Shown: positions 16,931-17,131 of the stretch, piece after piece
Layout: each line of letters starts with the position of its first letter
How positions within the stretch are numbered: position 1 is the stretch's first letter
Origin: Candidatus Hydrothermarchaeota archaeon
GTDB taxonomy: Archaea > CAYFZR01
DNA: 17,131 bases
Direction of reading: 5' to 3'
Assembly: GCA_046760505.1 (NCBI GenBank)
Contig: JBHIEG010000033.1
Location: forward strand, 1-17,131
Program-made: the position numbers and the translations under genes
Notes under the pieces: generated by a model
What the model saw: only the letters and a program-made list of their open reading frames with translations
Database searches by the model: none
What the model was told of the DNA's origin: nothing

Positions 16931-17008
16931 GGGGCCGTAGGGTAGCCTGGTCCATCCTTCGGGCTTTGGGAGCCCGAGACTCGAGTTCAAATCTCGGCGG
17001 CCCCACCA
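16931..17008 (+). tRNA. tRNA-Pro(TGG): tRNA-Pro, anticodon TGG, intronless, CCA encoded
   Basis: Acceptor stem GGGGCCG/CGGCCCC plus ACCA. Anticodon arm CGGGC-TTTGGGA-GCCCG (anticodon 16967-16969). T arm TCGAG-TTCAAAT-CTCGG. Confidence 0.97.
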
Positions 17009-17045
17009 CCTTCTAAAAGGTCTCTCATGACCTTCTAAAAGGTCA
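17008..17045. repeat. Tandem direct repeat of a palindromic 15-mer directly after the tRNA
   Basis: ACCTTCTAAAAGGTC at 17008-17022 and 17030-17044 (22-bp period). The second copy is the dyad TGACCTT-CTAA-AAGGTCA (17028-17045). Confidence 0.85.
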
Positions 17046-17129
17046 ATCATTAGGTAGAATTGCTTCGCAATTCAACATCTCCAAAAGAGCTGCTCTATCT
17101 CGAAGAGGTAGTTCCTTTGATCCACCTTT
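17043..17129 (-). CDS. Possible 3' end of a convergent gene extending beyond the window
   Basis: One minus frame is open from the edge (KGGSKELPLRDRAALLEMLNCEAILPND-stop at 17043). It is too short to verify. Confidence 0.25.
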   Translation of the reverse strand, partial: KGGSKELPLRDRAALLEMLNCEAILPND

Positions 17130-17131
17130 AT

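Noticed and set aside
17008-17044. CRISPR mini-array
   Set aside because: Only two 15-nt copies separated by 7 nt; repeat and spacer lengths are incompatible and no cas genes are present.

Overview
Archaeal (euryarchaeal-type) chromosomal segment. The gene set (TIGR00300 family, MJ0640-like AIR-synthase relative, DUF22, three-piece glutamate synthase, COG1340 coiled coil, TATA-box promoters) resembles methanogen-related lineages; this taxonomy is inference only. From left to right: the 3' part of a 37-aa helical-repeat gene; a TIGR00300/ArgZ-C-like ornithine cyclodeaminase; an AT-rich accessory block (about 1.8-5.67 kb) holding a multiply frameshifted Cys-rich lipoprotein-like gene that the ORF track splits, an intact lipoprotein, a large protein with a prepilin-like N-terminus and a minimal HExxH metallopeptidase; split gltB1-2-3; the AIR-synthase-related protein; a divergent three-gene ATP-dependent activator plus HgdA/B-family operon; a MinD-like ATPase with Arg in place of the signature Lys; DUF22; an operon of three coiled-coil proteins, the first broken by a +1 frameshift at AAAAAA-TGA-C; tRNA-Pro(TGG); and a tandem palindromic repeat abutting its CCA end. 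I found no CRISPR array, transposase or integrase. The best candidates for undescribed biology are the coiled-coil/membrane-anchor operon next to the deviant MinD, the possibly recoded COG1340 gene, the orphan Hgd/Bcr-type enzyme with tandem operator-like sites, and the cell-surface island. All family assignments come from motif recognition, not database searches.
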